From Camelus ferus (lineage: Eukaryota), in NCBI RefSeq assembly GCF_009834535.1, contig NC_045697.1, positions 80,540,001-80,604,000 of the forward strand: a stretch of DNA of 64,000 nt, given 5' to 3'. The notes under the pieces were generated by a model. The model did not search any database. It was given only the letters and a program-made list of their open reading frames with translations, and was not told where the DNA came from. Positions 50,728-64,000 of the stretch are shown piece by piece. How positions within the stretch are numbered: position 1 is the first letter of the stretch; each line of letters opens with the position of its first letter. The translations under genes were made by a program, and so were the position numbers.

Positions 50728-51643
50728 ACAGGGCTTAAGGCACAGCAGATTTGGAGGACATCGATCTAGATATTTAAGTATAAATTAAGATTTCAAATAG
50801 GCTGAGAAGAGGACGATTGTGGTACACTTTTACCTCTCATTTGTTTAATCATTTACTTCCTACTTAATGCCCCTGTTTTCTGGTATGCTTTCACTCACAT
50901 CTTCAAGCGTTTGTCTTTATCTTGAAAATACCCTCTCTTTGAACCTGCTACTTTTAAAATTACCACACTACTTCTCTCTTGCTTATGTTTCAAGGCCAAA
51001 CTCCTCACACAGGTTACACAAACTCTTTTTACTTCTACTCCACCGACCCTTTTAATAACCTCTCCAGAATCAAAGCCATTTTAGTTTTGGGAATGAGAGG
51101 GATAAAGTGATGTCTTTTTTCTTAAAATAGTGACTTTAAAGCACTATAAAAATTATACTAATAACTAGAACTGTCTGAAAAGAACATTTCTTTTCAGGCA
51201 AATGTTGTTAAATTAAGTAATCTGCCTCAAATTTCTGTAGACATCTTTTTGAAGGCTCCTCCAGAACATATACCTCATAAGCCAACAGCACATTGAAGGG
51301 GTGCCAAGGTAGAGAAATAATTTATGTTTACCCTCAGTCCAGTGTTCTCTCCCATTAACAGCTTTACCTCTAAATATGCATGACATTTCCTTTTAAAAAA
51401 TCTCCTGTTTAACATTTCAAATGCACAGACCAATCCTGATCTAGTGAATCAGTTCCCTAATATTGAATCATCTGGTCAAACATGAGTCAGAGTAATAAAG
51501 CTCCCTCAGACACTTAGCTATTAGGACATCAGGGACATATGTGAACCTGTGAACAATTTCACAGTCTCAAGGGAAACAGAATTTTTAGCTTTCATGAGAG
51601 GCCAGGATAAGAGAGAAACAGCACTTCCTTTGTTTCATGTCTT

Positions 51644-51718
51644 TTTTTAAAATTGAAGTATCATTGATGTACAATATTCTATGTTACAAATGTATAATAC
51701 AGTGATTCACAATTTTTA
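51644..51718 (-). mobile_element. 75-bp extreme 3' tail of a LINE-1, with TSD
   Basis: Poly-T plus aattgaagtatcattgatgtacaatatt...agtgattcacaattttta; TSD TGTTTCATGTCTT (51631-51643) / TGCTTCATGTCTT (51719-51731). Confidence 0.85.
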
Positions 51719-54599
51719 TGCTTCATGTCTTATGGTTTGTGAATTTCAACATTAGAGACTCAGTTTGCTATCTTTTTTATTTATATAGGTACAATGATCA
51801 TGTGTAGTATTTAAACACAAACATTATAGACACTTACTATATTTCACTTTCTATTTATTTACCTTGATTTTTTTTAGACTTTGACAACTAAAATAAACAT
51901 AGGATTAACTGCTTCACCAGAATGTTATATATGGTTGCATATTATCAAATGGCATTTGGTTTCTGAAAACTGGAAGGCAAATATGAAGCCAAATAGCATG
52001 ATTTAAAGTCATAATATTCCACACTTTGAACTTTGATTAATGTCTATATTGGTAATGTTACTATGGTCTACCAGTCACCTGAACAGAACTTTTGGAAGGT
52101 CTTCCAATTTCTCCTCTATTTCAAGCTATGTTCATTCAGGTATTAAGTAATGTCCATTCTATCACTAACTGTCTAAAATTTTTGTTTTCTTTTCCATTCT
52201 TATTGTTATTTATGTCTTTTCAACTTCTCATTTCTCACCTGAACAGCTGATACCCCTGCTGTAGAGGTAGAGAACTAATAATGAGGCAGTAGAGTTATAG
52301 TGAGCATTTTATAAAATGCACATAGGAGAACAAATTTTAAATGTTAGTTCTCAATAACTTTTCGGCAACATGCTTACCTACAACTTAGTTATTGAATGAT
52401 AGTTTCCTCCTACTCTTTTCTCTCTACTGGGATAGTGAAATGATATTTTATGACAAGAGAAAAGCTTGAAAGTTTGACACCTGAAAAGTCTTCTCTGCTG
52501 TACAGACGTTGTTTCATTATTATTTTCCAGGTAGCTCCACGACCCCTCCTTTGAATATTAAAGTCTTCCATGCCCTCACTACTATAGTCCCACAGTGCCT
52601 CAAGATTACTACTGAACTGCCTCACCTTTGAAAGCTGTCATCGATTCTTTAAAAGCATAAAAATGAACATCATAGTTTGTAAAAACAAAATGTTGTAATC
52701 AAAGCTTTTCTTTAAAAAATGTGTTTAGGAGCTTGGTGGCTTTTTGTCGCTGATGCTGCTGCATCATTACTTTCACATTTTGTTTCTTGATGCCTGTATT
52801 CTATATTCTTGAGAATGAATGCATTATTGAAAAGGTACTCATTTGTAGCATTCAGTCAGTAATTTATCTTCCTTGACATGTGAGAAAATTACTCCGAGAG
52901 ATTAAAGAGGCCTGAGTTTCTCGAACAATGACCCAGGAGCCCTGGAGGTTGGGCAGAGGGGCCCTGAGCCTATGTTAGATAATGAAGGAGTTAAGGCTGG
53001 GAACCTCTACCAGCAGCTCTACTTTCATATGTTTTGTATACTGGGCTGCTCCAGCAAAGAATTCATTTGAATAAAAAGTTCCACAGTAAAAAGAAAAATG
53101 TTTCTAAATCACAGAACAAGTTCCAAGTACAACAAGGAAATAAATCAATTCACCTACGGCAGACAAACATGTGTGAACTGGCCAACTCCTCAAGGTCAAA
53201 AATAAGCAATGGAGAAAGAGACAATGGTGCGGTTTCTGTGTAGACAGCCAGGCACATGATACTAAAACCCTGCTCTCAGAGACAAGGGGAAGGCCTCCAG
53301 CACTTGGGAAGTGATGTAACACTTACGTGACAAGACAACAAGGCTTGACTACAGTTTTACACTAAGATCTAAAATTAAGAGCCTTAGAAGAGGAATTTGA
53401 AATTGTAAAAAAATGTTCTTTAGATTCAGCATTCTTTAAGAAATAAACCATTAAAAAGTTTCTTTTGCATTAATAAGAGATTTTTTACAGTGCTTGTCTT
53501 TAAACTCCTAGAAAGGGAAAGTGTGGGCTCACTCTTATATCAGAGGAGGTTGAACTTTTTGATCTCAATAGCATGGAGGGTAACTAAGGTGAATGCACAG
53601 AAATAAACATTCCTCTCAAGACAGTTTTTCTCAGTGTCTGAGCAGCTGCTCTCTGGTCCAGAAAACAACAGGGGAAGTCAGTGGGTTGGTTCATAAACTT
53701 AGTAAAGCTCATAAGAGCTTTACCCTCAGTAAAGCCTTCCATTGACTCCCATTCACTCATAAGAGCTTTACTAACTTGAAGAACAAAAAGAAGAGATCGC
53801 CAATGTGGAAAGTTTTTTTAAATGGCTCTTTTCAAAAAAATGAAAGCAGACATTCCATTTTTAGCTATTTTAAACTGAGAACCAAAATGGGTGTACCTTC
53901 AATGAAAAACAACATATTACCAGAAGTAAAGCCTTAACATCATAACTCTAAAATTACAGGTACAGAGCCAGTCACCAACTACTGCCCAGACTCTCTGGCC
54001 TTGCCATCAATCCAAGAGAGAGGGAGAAACATGTGGGTGTGTGCATATTTGTTTGTGTACACATGATATTTAATCTGCCTGAAGTAGCAGCATTTTCAGC
54101 ATGACGGAAATAGTGAGGAAAGTTGAGTTCATACAATGGTTCTTCTGGTTGGTTTCCTTTTTTCACCAACCATCTAAGAAACTCTGGATATGCTAATAGT
54201 GGGCGGGGTTTGTGTCTGTAAGCCTGATGTGGTAAAAGTGATGGGGATGGCAAATTCATCTAGTCAATGCCATCCTTGCCCTGAACAGCCTTCTCCTCCA
54301 CATTTACCTGTGCTACTTTGTCTTTCTTCAGAATATTAGTAAGTAGCTGAGCCAGAAGGCAAATGTAGATCATCTGATCCCCATCCACCACTCTTTCCCC
54401 AAACAATACTGTGAAATGAAAAAAAAAAATATATATATATATATTGCAGTCTTTCAAACTTTAGGAAGTCAGGCAAAGGAGAATGGAAAAACAAAGGCTA
54501 TTTTTCATTGGTGGGCTTTGAAGTGTAAAACGTAATTGTCAAAGAAGTTCCTGTAATTTGTGATCAGTAGTAACTTTATCTGCTTGAGCGAGCATGTAC

Positions 54600-54637
54600 T
54601 GTTTTTGTTTTTGTTTTTGTTTTGTTTTTGTTTTTTC
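54600..54637. repeat. (TTTTTG)n simple repeat
   Basis: Directly visible. Confidence 0.9.
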
Positions 54638-54659
54638 TTAGAGCAGAATGAATGACCTT

Positions 54660-55480
54660 GAAGTTGGCCCTGATTCCTCTTTTTCTTCCCAACCCATCCA
54701 ACCCATTTGGAGTTCATCCAGAAATCCTGTCTGCTCTACCTGTGGAATGTACTCAGAATCCATCATTCTCCATTATCCCTCTCCGCACGCCATCATATCT
54801 CACACAGGCACACAGGTTAGTGCGATTGTCTCTTTGCTAGGTTTTCTTGCTGCAGACCTTACCTCTAGGATCTATCCTCAACACATCCACCAAAGCAATT
54901 CTGTGAACACACAAGTTGGGTCATGTCACCCCTCTGCTCCAAGCCTTCCATTGGCTCCCATTCACTCAGAGTGGAAGTGTCCCTGCCTTGGCCTGCACTG
55001 CGCTACAGGATCTGGCTCTCTTTTCTGCCTTGACCCCACCTCCTCTTAATCTCCCTTGTCTGCTCTCTAATCCAGCATAGCTGGATGGCCCCTTGATGGT
55101 ACCTGAGCACACCAGGGGTGCTCCTGTCTCAGGGCTTGTGCAGTTACTGTTCTGTCTGCCTGGAACAGCGACATACAAGGCTCCCTCCTTCATCTCTTTT
55201 CTTGGTGAGGCCTTCCCCAGCCTTTGATATTGCCCTCTTCACCTTGAACCCTTAACCTTTTAACTCCCACCCCTATTCTGCTATCCTTTCCTTTACGGGG
55301 CATATTGCCCTGTAGCATACTATATATTTTACTTGTTTGTGTCTCCTTGCACTAGAATATAAGTATCATGAGAACAGGGACTTTGGGAGGTTGTGTGGTC
55401 TGATATGTTTCCCAGGGCCTAGAATGGTATCTGGGAAAGAGTAGGTGCTCAATATTGAATGAATGAATGAATAAGGAATG
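54660..55480 (+). mobile_element. L2 (L2a-like) 3' end
   Basis: tcatgtcacccctctgctccaagccttccattggctccc...cactagaatataagtatcatgagaacagggact...gtaggtgctcaatattgaatgaatgaatgaat. Confidence 0.9.
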
Positions 55481-56534
55481 AATTTCAAGGAAATAAAAAC
55501 AAGAAGCCCAATTAAATCAAGGGTTATTACCTCATGAACCATTAACTGGTAATGGGAAGCTTCACGAAGGCTTATAAATGAGTTTGACAAATTAGTCAAT
55601 GCATTGTTTTCTCCCCTATAGAACCTCTAAGGATATGCATTTAACTTTGGGAGTCTCCTTTACAAGACTGAGAAGTAATAACATTTATCTACACCATAGA
55701 TTTATGGTGATGATTAATTGACATAATGCAAACATTTGCCTCAAAAGAAAAAACAACCCTCAATTTTAAATTACTTCTGTTTTTTGTTTTGTTATTTTGA
55801 CATCTGAGATCATTCAGAGCCACATCAGAAAAGAAAAGAGATTTGAAAAGTTCTATTGTTGGAACCAAATCATTGAATTATTTTAGCAAATCTCAGACTA
55901 CTGATAGAAATGACCCAATTTGCTTTTAAAGGTAAATGATGAGAATGAATTCCCCAGCTAATTCAGACTACATAAAACACTACAGAAAATTAGGATATAT
56001 ATATATTCATCTGGAAATAGATGCAAATTAGATCAAATTCATAATTTGATCCAAACAAGGCCCTGAAATAAATGTCCACTTTCTTCAAGTTGGCATTGTA
56101 GTAGAAAGGTTCTAAAAGAAAAGAGCATTGTGCCAAAATGTCTATATCTCCTAGTACTTTGAATTTCAGGATTTAGTCCTCAAAAATTCAGTTGTTCTTT
56201 TGCTCTTGAGCCAACTGCGTTGTCCAAAATAGGAATCTTTTTTATTGTTCATTCTATAGGAGAGGAGAAACATATTAATAGAGAAGATGTCTCTTTCAAA
56301 AGTTTGAAAGTCTTTGAAGATGTCTCTTTCAAAAACTATGTGACCTGAAATAAACTTTCAATTGTAGAGTATATGAGGAAAAACAGTCAAGGGACTTGTT
56401 ACTTGGATAGTACTTAAATTAAATAGTCATATGCATATAGTAAGTGTTAAATAAATGGTAAAAAAAAAAGAGAGAGAGAGAGATAAAGATGGTAATAAAC
56501 AGTCATGGAGCATTAAAGGCCAAAACTGTACTGC

Positions 56535-56690
56535 AGTGTCACTCAGTGTGGTTCCTACATAAGCAACTTCATCATCACCAGGCAGCTTGTTAGTAATGTA
56601 GACTCTCCAGCCCCACCCTAGACCTTCTGGAACAAGACTTCTGGGGGAAGGCCCAGAGGAATGAATGCTTTAACAAATTCTCCAGATGGT
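56535..56690. mobile_element. MER5A-like hAT-Charlie MITE
   Basis: catcaccaggcagcttgttagtaatgtagactctccagccccaccctagacct...tttaacaaattctccagatg. Confidence 0.82.
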
Positions 56691-59600
56691 GAATAACTTG
56701 ATTAATTTAAGTATTCTTACAAATTCTGAAAAGTAAACTAGTAATGTCATCCTTAATTTATATATGAAACAAAGGAAGAACAGGAAAGGATTAGTTTCCC
56801 CAAATTGAATGGGTAAGCCAGTCTGAAATAAATTTCTGATTCTTAAAATAACTATACCTTAGCTTTCTGTTCTTTTACTTTAATAAGACAGTCATTTATT
56901 TCTCCTCTAATGATAAGCTGTTCAGCTATACCAAATCCATTCTGTCAACCTTCCAAGTAATGTAGTGGAAAATTATAGTTTTGGGGTTTGAATTCTACTT
57001 TCATTACTTACAATGGGATTTTGTCCAAGATACTTTACTTTTGTGAGCTTGATTTCTTTTTATGTAAAATGTGGATATTATTAATTATCCCCAAGTTATG
57101 AGGCTTAGAGAATATATAGAGAGACATAGACATATACATATATAGATAAAGAATATGTATTAGAGAATAATATACATACATATAAATATATTCCTTAATA
57201 CTTAACTGCCAAATAAATGTTACAATTCTACTCCCAATGTTTTATCTTCAACTAAGTCCTTTAGCTAGAAAAATGTGTGATTAAATCAATTTTATAGCAT
57301 TACAGTGACAACCAAACAAGGATCAAGGTAAAAAACTGATTTCAAGTATTTGAGCTTATATTTTAAACTGTGTTAAAAACTCTAAACTAAATCAAACTTT
57401 AATTTGATAAGTATGAATTACTCAGTTCACATACATTTTTTATGGCCTTATCTTGTGCTAGAATCTGATATGTTAGAAGGATATAACAGTCTTTAACCTC
57501 ATGATTGTTCAATCTCAAAGATAATTTTTAAAAGTATAATAAAAGTTTAAAAATTCTTAAGTTCCTTGAATTCAAGATTATGGCACAATCTTTTTATAAA
57601 TTTCTAATAAATTACAGGTTTCTTAAAAGTCTTAAGATTATTGATCATGTATAATATTAATATTACAGTTATATTATTATGATACACATTAATACAGTTA
57701 CTATTATAAGATATTACAAAAATTATAGTATAGATTGATAGGTTAATATAGTATAAATTACTAATTAGAATTGAGTTAGCAAGTACAGATAACTCATGAA
57801 TTTTTGCTAGGTAGGAGAGCAGAGAAACTGGATCAATTAATTTTTTGCTTTGCTTTTGTAGATAGAAGGAACTTAAATTCATTTACATGCAGAGGGGAAT
57901 GATTTTTTAGAGATACAAAAATTAATAGTGAAGGAGACAAAGGGTAAAATTGTAGGAATCAGGTGCATGAGGAGGGCAGAAGGAGCTCTGGAAGGTGTTG
58001 ATCTTTGACAGATGTGAGTACTTCAATGCCTGCTGGAGGATGGATTGTAGAAAACAACGCTGGTAGGTTGGTAAATTTTATATTGGTAATATGAAAGAGA
58101 GAATATGGAATTTTGAAGCAAAGTAATGAGCTGGTGAGGGGATACTGTTAGTTTGAGGGAAAGAGAAATTTTGAAATAGGAGTCCTGAAGAATTGGACAC
58201 ATACTAGAGGAAGGTTAAAGGATGACCAGGCATTTTTGCATGCCTGTTTTGGATTTGTGGTCATGAATTTAATTTAATCAAGTACTGGCTGCCACTCAGG
58301 CACTTGCTTCTGTGTCCACCTACTGGCTGGACCTTCTTGGACAGTAAATGTTGCCAAACCATCCTTACCCAGCTAGTTGGGACACTGTGAGTGGGACAAT
58401 CCAGTACTCTCATAGGGTCCTGTCAGTTTCCCCAGCCTTTTTCTCCTCCAAGGCTGGTTCCCTTACCCTCTCCAGCAAGCGTAAGCACAATTAAATATTG
58501 AGAAAGCATATCAATGTATCTCCTTAGCAAGAGACAATGACTTAGTGATTATTTTCTGGCTTTTCTCTCCATCAGGTCCAGGTGATTGGTCAACTGCTGT
58601 TGGTGATATGATAAAAGACATGGTATCGATTCTATATGGTCAGTGAAGAGAAGAGTCCCATTCAATATTATAAAATGTTCAGCTATGTTCACTGTTGGAA
58701 AAAACAATGTACAACATGCTTTTGAATTCTAAGAATTTTATCACTGTATGTTGACTGCCGCATCTTATCAAATCTAAGAAAATGTGTATAAAGCCTGTGT
58801 ATAAAGGTGTAAAATAATCAGAGAAGTATTGGAGGGAAGATGAGGGGAGTAGAGGGTCAGGAAGGATGCAATAACATTTTCCCAGAGGAGAATGAAAAAC
58901 ATTCCAGCAAAGGGAATTCTGCATAGAAAGGACTGGGGCGGGGAGGTTAAGGGGCAGAGCCCTTGTAGGAAGTACAAGTACCCTGATAATCCAAAGAGGG
59001 TATAAATGGGAACATGTTGGGAGTACCAGAATCTTGTTAGAGGCCAGATTTTGAAAGTGTTTATATGGAATGCTTAAGAATTGGGCTTTTGTTCACAGGT
59101 AATAGCAGCTTCCAAAAGATTTTAAGTAGGGAGTGGCATGCTTTTCACTGTGTTGCAGAGATTTCACTCAAGTCTTAGTGTGGAATGTGGATTCAAATGC
59201 TACAGGCAATATGATCATTTAGGAGGTCAATGAAATAGTAATCATGGAGCCCATGAAAGTCCACTCACTGTGAAGCCTAGAACAATGTCTTAATTCAGAA
59301 CTCTTTATTGCACACCTACTGAGTGGTAGTCCCTGGGGTGAGCTAACTTCAAAATTGTATAAGATATATTAATCATATTCAATAAAATGTTTTAAAATTA
59401 TTGTTGATTACAGGAATTTGAAGTGATTAATCACTGGCCTTTCCATTACCCAATTTTTAATTCTTCTCATTTAGTGTGGTACTTTTAAATATACATCTGA
59501 TTTTGCTTGTCACAAGATTAGCAGGGTTCCAACAGATTCTGCCAAGCATGACGGCAGCAACATGCCAAGCGTAACAACCACCAGCAACACACACAATCTT

Positions 59601-60119
59601 CAAATGTAGAAACTTAGAAACTATGTAACTTTAATCACCTTCCTGGACATCTCAGAACTAAAAATATGTGAAAAATCCTGATGGATAAATTTATTAAAAT
59701 TGAAACATATGGAGTTTAATTTTAAATTTGTGTACTTACATATTGAAATTGGAAAAGAGATATGACTATACTCACAGAAAGCTTTTAAAAAGAACAAGTA
59801 GTTCTTATAAAGTTAGTATGTGATGAAACATTATGGAGATGTCACTCTAACTTTATAAGAATTTTTACTTAAAATGATATAATAAAAGTTTGCAAACTAT
59901 TTTCACATATGTTTTCTCAATTAAGTGTTATAACCTTTGAGGTTATCATGATTGCTATTCTACAGATGAAATCATGGCATCTTCAAAAGATTAAACTACT
60001 CATTCAAGGACATAGTCAGGAATTTGCTGAATTAGTACTGTAATTCAGATTTCCTCACTATATATTCTATGTTATTTCTGCTCTGTCACAATGCCTGCCA
60101 GAGGGAAATAAATAAATGT

Positions 60120-60650
60120 TTATTCATCTTTTCACTCATTCATTTTTCACATGTATTCTTAGTGCTTATTAGTACAAGGCACTGGATTGGGTACTGTGAA
60201 ATTTATGGAGGTAATAAATCAGTCTTGCTGCCCAGAGGACTGGCATGGAGGTAAGAGATTCAGTAATAACTGTGAACGAGGTGGAAAATCATGCCTAATA
60301 AGACAGTAATAGAAAGAAGTATGTAAGGTCATCACTGCGATAAATATTTCTGGCTAAGGAATCATGGAAACCTCCATAGAGAAGGTAATATTTTAGCTGA
60401 GTCTTAATGAATGGCTGGCATTTGGGCCAAGAGAGATAGACCGTGAATTCCAAGGAGTAGAAACAGTATGTACAAAAGAAGGGGGACAGTCAGGTGTAAG
60501 ATGTGCTTGAGAAACAGTGAATCAGTCTTTTCTCTGGAGTAGAGAGTCTGAAGATAGGGAGAGAAAGGTAAGGCCAAATTTGTTTTGTTTTTTTGAAGAC
60601 TAGACTAAAGTGCTTACAAATTTCATAGTAGGCAGAACAGAGTGATGAAA
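60120..60650 (-). mobile_element. L2 LINE 3' region
   Basis: ttcactcattcatttttcacatgtattcttagtgcttattagtacaaggcactgg...ggaatcatggaaacctccatagagaaggtaatattttagctgagtctt. Confidence 0.72.
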
Positions 60651-62259
60651 ACAGCAAGGGTTTTGTTGAAGCCACAAGAGTTTAGGTTTCCATACAGGCT
60701 CTATTGCTTAGAAGCTGTGTGACCACCAACAACTTACATGATTTCTCTAAAACCTTCATATGTCATCCATAAAATGAGGACATTGTTAAATATTTCATAA
60801 ATATTTCTTCAAAATAATAAAAACATTTTACCTTCAGCATGGATGTGAAGATTAAATTACAGGATGTTTGAAAGGTGACTGGCACAAGAAGGCCCTCAGT
60901 AAAAATCACTTTCTTCCCCATTCTGTGCTAGTCTGTGGGAACAAGGGATGGTGTTTGCTGAGGGTGGTGATGTAATGAGAGTCATGAAACGTGGGGGGTG
61001 AATTAGAGACAGGGAGTAAAGGAGTAGAGATAAAAAGTCTGTTTTGCAGCTGAGCACACAGGGAAAGGAATATCTCAATGAGGTAACACTCCTGGGAATA
61101 TTTAATATCTAGAATGATAAAGGAACGCGGCAATACTCTAATCACATCAAAGTAAAATATAGAAAAAGATTACATAAAAATTAATTCCATAACATGGTTT
61201 AGGAAAAAATTCAAATGCAGCCAAATGTTGAAATAAAAGTTTTCATACTGAGCTCCTATTAGAAGCAGAGGTCTCAAGCCTTTTTGGTCCTCCCATCTTG
61301 GATCTCTGAGAAAGGTCATATGGATGAAAGAAAATGATCTGAACCTTTGGCACCTGGATACACTTCCACCTTTCAGGACAGCTCAACAGAATTACCTGAA
61401 TAGGGATTCACTTCAAAGTGCGTCTTTTTAAAAAGACTCATTCAAAGTAGGGACTTTGATCATAAAGGTGTGCCAATAGCTTAATTGACCATGATGCTAT
61501 GGCCAGAAAAATCCATACAGTCAAAAAGGAAGAGGCAGCTATTTGTCGAAAGGTCTTGCCTATTGAATTCTTTTTGAAATGGATATGTGAGGTTTTAAAA
61601 CTACCCTCTCCATTTGTTGTTACATTCATTGTCCAAAGCCAAAGTGAGGCTTGGAAAAACTCTTGTTTCTTCTAAACTTCTAACCATAAATATTTTTCTA
61701 AATGTTTATGTATTAACTAAATATTTATGAATGTAAAAGGTGAACTCTTAGTAACTGATATTGTGTACTCTGAGGGTGTAGAACACTACTTAAAACCAGC
61801 CCTTGGATAAAAGAAGTGGATGGAAGAGGAAGCGTGCATGACCCTTGATAATTACGAACTAAGTAGAGGAAAAATGTGTCTATGTGCCACAGGCCTACTC
61901 CCCTTCACTTCCTTGAGTCTTTCTCCCATGATAGTGGCTGAAAGAATTCAATTACTTTTCTGAGGTTTTCAACACTAGGGTAGTTGTTCACTGATAATTT
62001 CGTATTTAGAAACACTACCTTTCAAACTCCTGGAAGACACATTCCCCTAGCTTCTAGAGCCCACTGCAGTCCTCAGAGGCCTCCATGGATCCTGTCTTCC
62101 TGGACCAAACCCCCAGCCCTCCTGACTGTGTGCCTGACTGTACACAGTGTGGATGCAGAAGTTGGCTATGGACAGGCAGGAGGTCCAATTCAATCAGTCT
62201 CCAGAAAGAAGCTGTAATTAAAACTTGACACTTAACCATTTCCTAAGAGATTGTCTGGA

Positions 62260-63520
62260 AAAAAATCCCACTATGCTTTTCAGCCCTTTTTATTTGAGTC
62301 TTCATCATAACGTCAATCTTTCCAACGTATCTGCTTTAACTCAGATTCTAATCTCTATATATCTCTATACATTTCTCAGCTCTGATTCAGTCATTCTCCC
62401 CTGCTAACTCCCTCTTTCCATAGAGCCTTCTGTTACTGAAAGTCTGTCATTAGCAAAATCCTCTATGACCTCATCTTTTTCCTGGACATTCCTCCCACCT
62501 TCTTCCGCTAGCTGATTGCTAGCTATTCTCTCAGCCTGGTGCTGGCTTGGTGATAACCCCAATTATCACAGAGTCTGAAGCAGGGCTGCGTATCCCTCTA
62601 GTTCCTCACTGGCACTTCTACACAGTTTGGCTCCTGTCTCTTTTTAAAAGTTCAACTTTTTTGAAAAGTGAGGCAACAGACTATAGACTCAGTATCTTCC
62701 CTGTTAGAGTCTTTTATCCAATTCTAGGCCCTGCCCTCCCAATCCTCTGTTATAGATGATTTCAGTAACTGGCTCACTGCTTTTTTTTAACTTCAACTTC
62801 TCCCATTATTTTTAATGATTTAAAGATCCACCTAAGTGATCTATCCAACTCCCTGCCTTTCTAATACCTCACCTTCCTCACATCTAAAGATGTTTTCCTC
62901 CATCTCATTTTAGGACCCATTCCCCTATCATTTCTAAAAACCATACTACTTATAAAATTTTGATCCCAAGCACACATTACCCCAATTACCATTATCTATC
63001 TTTTCAGCTTTCCAAGTTTATTGTAATGTCCTCACTTCAACCCTGGACAGACAGTCAATCCATTGACCATGGCACTTTTTTTGAGAACATAAACCCCTTA
63101 AAGTCTTCTGCCTTTCTTTGCCTGGTTTAGAGTGCACGATCCTACTCTATTCATTTGTCAAAGCTCCAAATCTAGTTAAAGCCACCTCTTCACACAAGCA
63201 CCTGAACATGGAGTGGGAAAAACAAACAAGTGATGACTGGTCTCTGTTTAAACTTATGACCACAAATCTCAAATAGGCTCTCATTGCTGTCCGGTATTTT
63301 TACAGCATTTCCCTACTTAATTCACTTTCTCACTCTCCTAGAAGAATATTTTCTATCTCTGTCTTTAAACCATCAGATCCTTATTCTCATCTAGTGACCT
63401 CATTTGTTATTTCATATAGAAAGTAGGATAATTCAGAAGAGAATTACCTCATATTCTCCAAAATCAAATCTTTCAACCTCTTTGAATCTGTACACCCATA
63501 CCCTCATGTTTTTCATATTA
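62260..63520 (+). mobile_element. L2 LINE ORF2 remnant
   Basis: Resembles the L2 at 26.6-28.8 kb (atgaccacaaatctcaaataggctctcattgctg...ttcactttctcactctcctaga). Confidence 0.78.
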
Positions 63521-63529
63521 AAAAGAATA

Positions 63530-64000
63530 AACTGGTACAAGTAGAAGGACTTACATTCCGGATATCAGTATTTATTATAAAACTACAGTAGTTAAGAGAA
63601 TGTAGGATTGGTAAAAGAATAGACAAAGAGACTAATGGAATGGAATAGAGTCCAGAAACAGACCCAAATATGTGCATTTATCTGATTTATAAAAAAGGTA
63701 ATACTGTAGTAAAGTGGAGAAAGTATGATATTTTTAATAAATGTGTGGATCAAATAGATTCACAGATGGAAAAAATATTCTTAAACCTTGACTTATATCA
63801 TACTACAAATTAATTCCAGATGAATTGTAGATGTAAACAGAAAAATAAAACAATAAAACTTTAAAAAGGCCATTGTCATGATCCTAATTTAGTCAAAGAT
63901 ATCTAAATAGGACCTAAAGAAAAAGATTATAAATAAGGCTACAATAAAAATAAAACCCTCTGTTCATCAAAAAACATAATTAAGAGACTAAAGAAGCAAG
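63530..64000 (+). mobile_element. Old L1M ORF2 fragment (runs off the window)
   Basis: tattataaaactacagtagttaag...aatggaatggaatagagtccagaaacagaccca...aattaattccagatgaattgtagat. Confidence 0.88.

Larger units (their letters stand above)
4475..64000 (-). other. ARSJ: ARSJ intron 1 (partial; exon 1 lies beyond the right edge)
   Basis: No signal-peptide/CxPxR exon or CpG island visible in 4475-64000; repeat-rich AT-rich DNA; consistent with the two-coding-exon, long-intron structure known for mammalian ARSJ. Confidence 0.85.

Noticed and set aside
54648..55049. 133-aa plus-strand ORF
   Set aside because: Lies within an L2 remnant; a chance open frame in C/T-rich sequence.
1..64000. A novel multi-gene system
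   Set aside because: Only one coding exon is supportable; the rest is explained by intron, UTR and familiar repeat classes.

Overview
Mammalian genomic DNA, most likely a camelid (alpaca/llama/camel), judged from a tRNA-derived SINE at ~39.2 kb and the L1 3' ends. The only supportable gene is ARSJ (arylsulfatase J) on the minus strand. Its large last coding exon is 4474..3076, its 3' UTR runs leftwards, and everything from 4475 to the window end looks like its long first intron (exon 1, with the CxPxR catalytic motif, is outside the window). The intron is a mosaic of L1, L2, L3/CR1, MIR, hAT DNA transposons and five solo LTRs, several with readable target-site duplications. All other short ORFs in the track look spurious. 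I see no evidence for a new multi-gene biological system. The best second-look signals are local: a broken palindrome apparently repaired with a 28-bp insert copied from 1.2 kb away (53.7 kb), a template-switch inversion inside an L1 (0.7 kb), two non-adjacent direct duplications, a perfect TACTAAC branch point at a weak AAG acceptor, a candidate 75-nt in-frame cassette exon, and twin miR-181 8mer sites. Repeat family names come from recognising consensus-like sequence by eye, and boundaries of old repeats are approximate.
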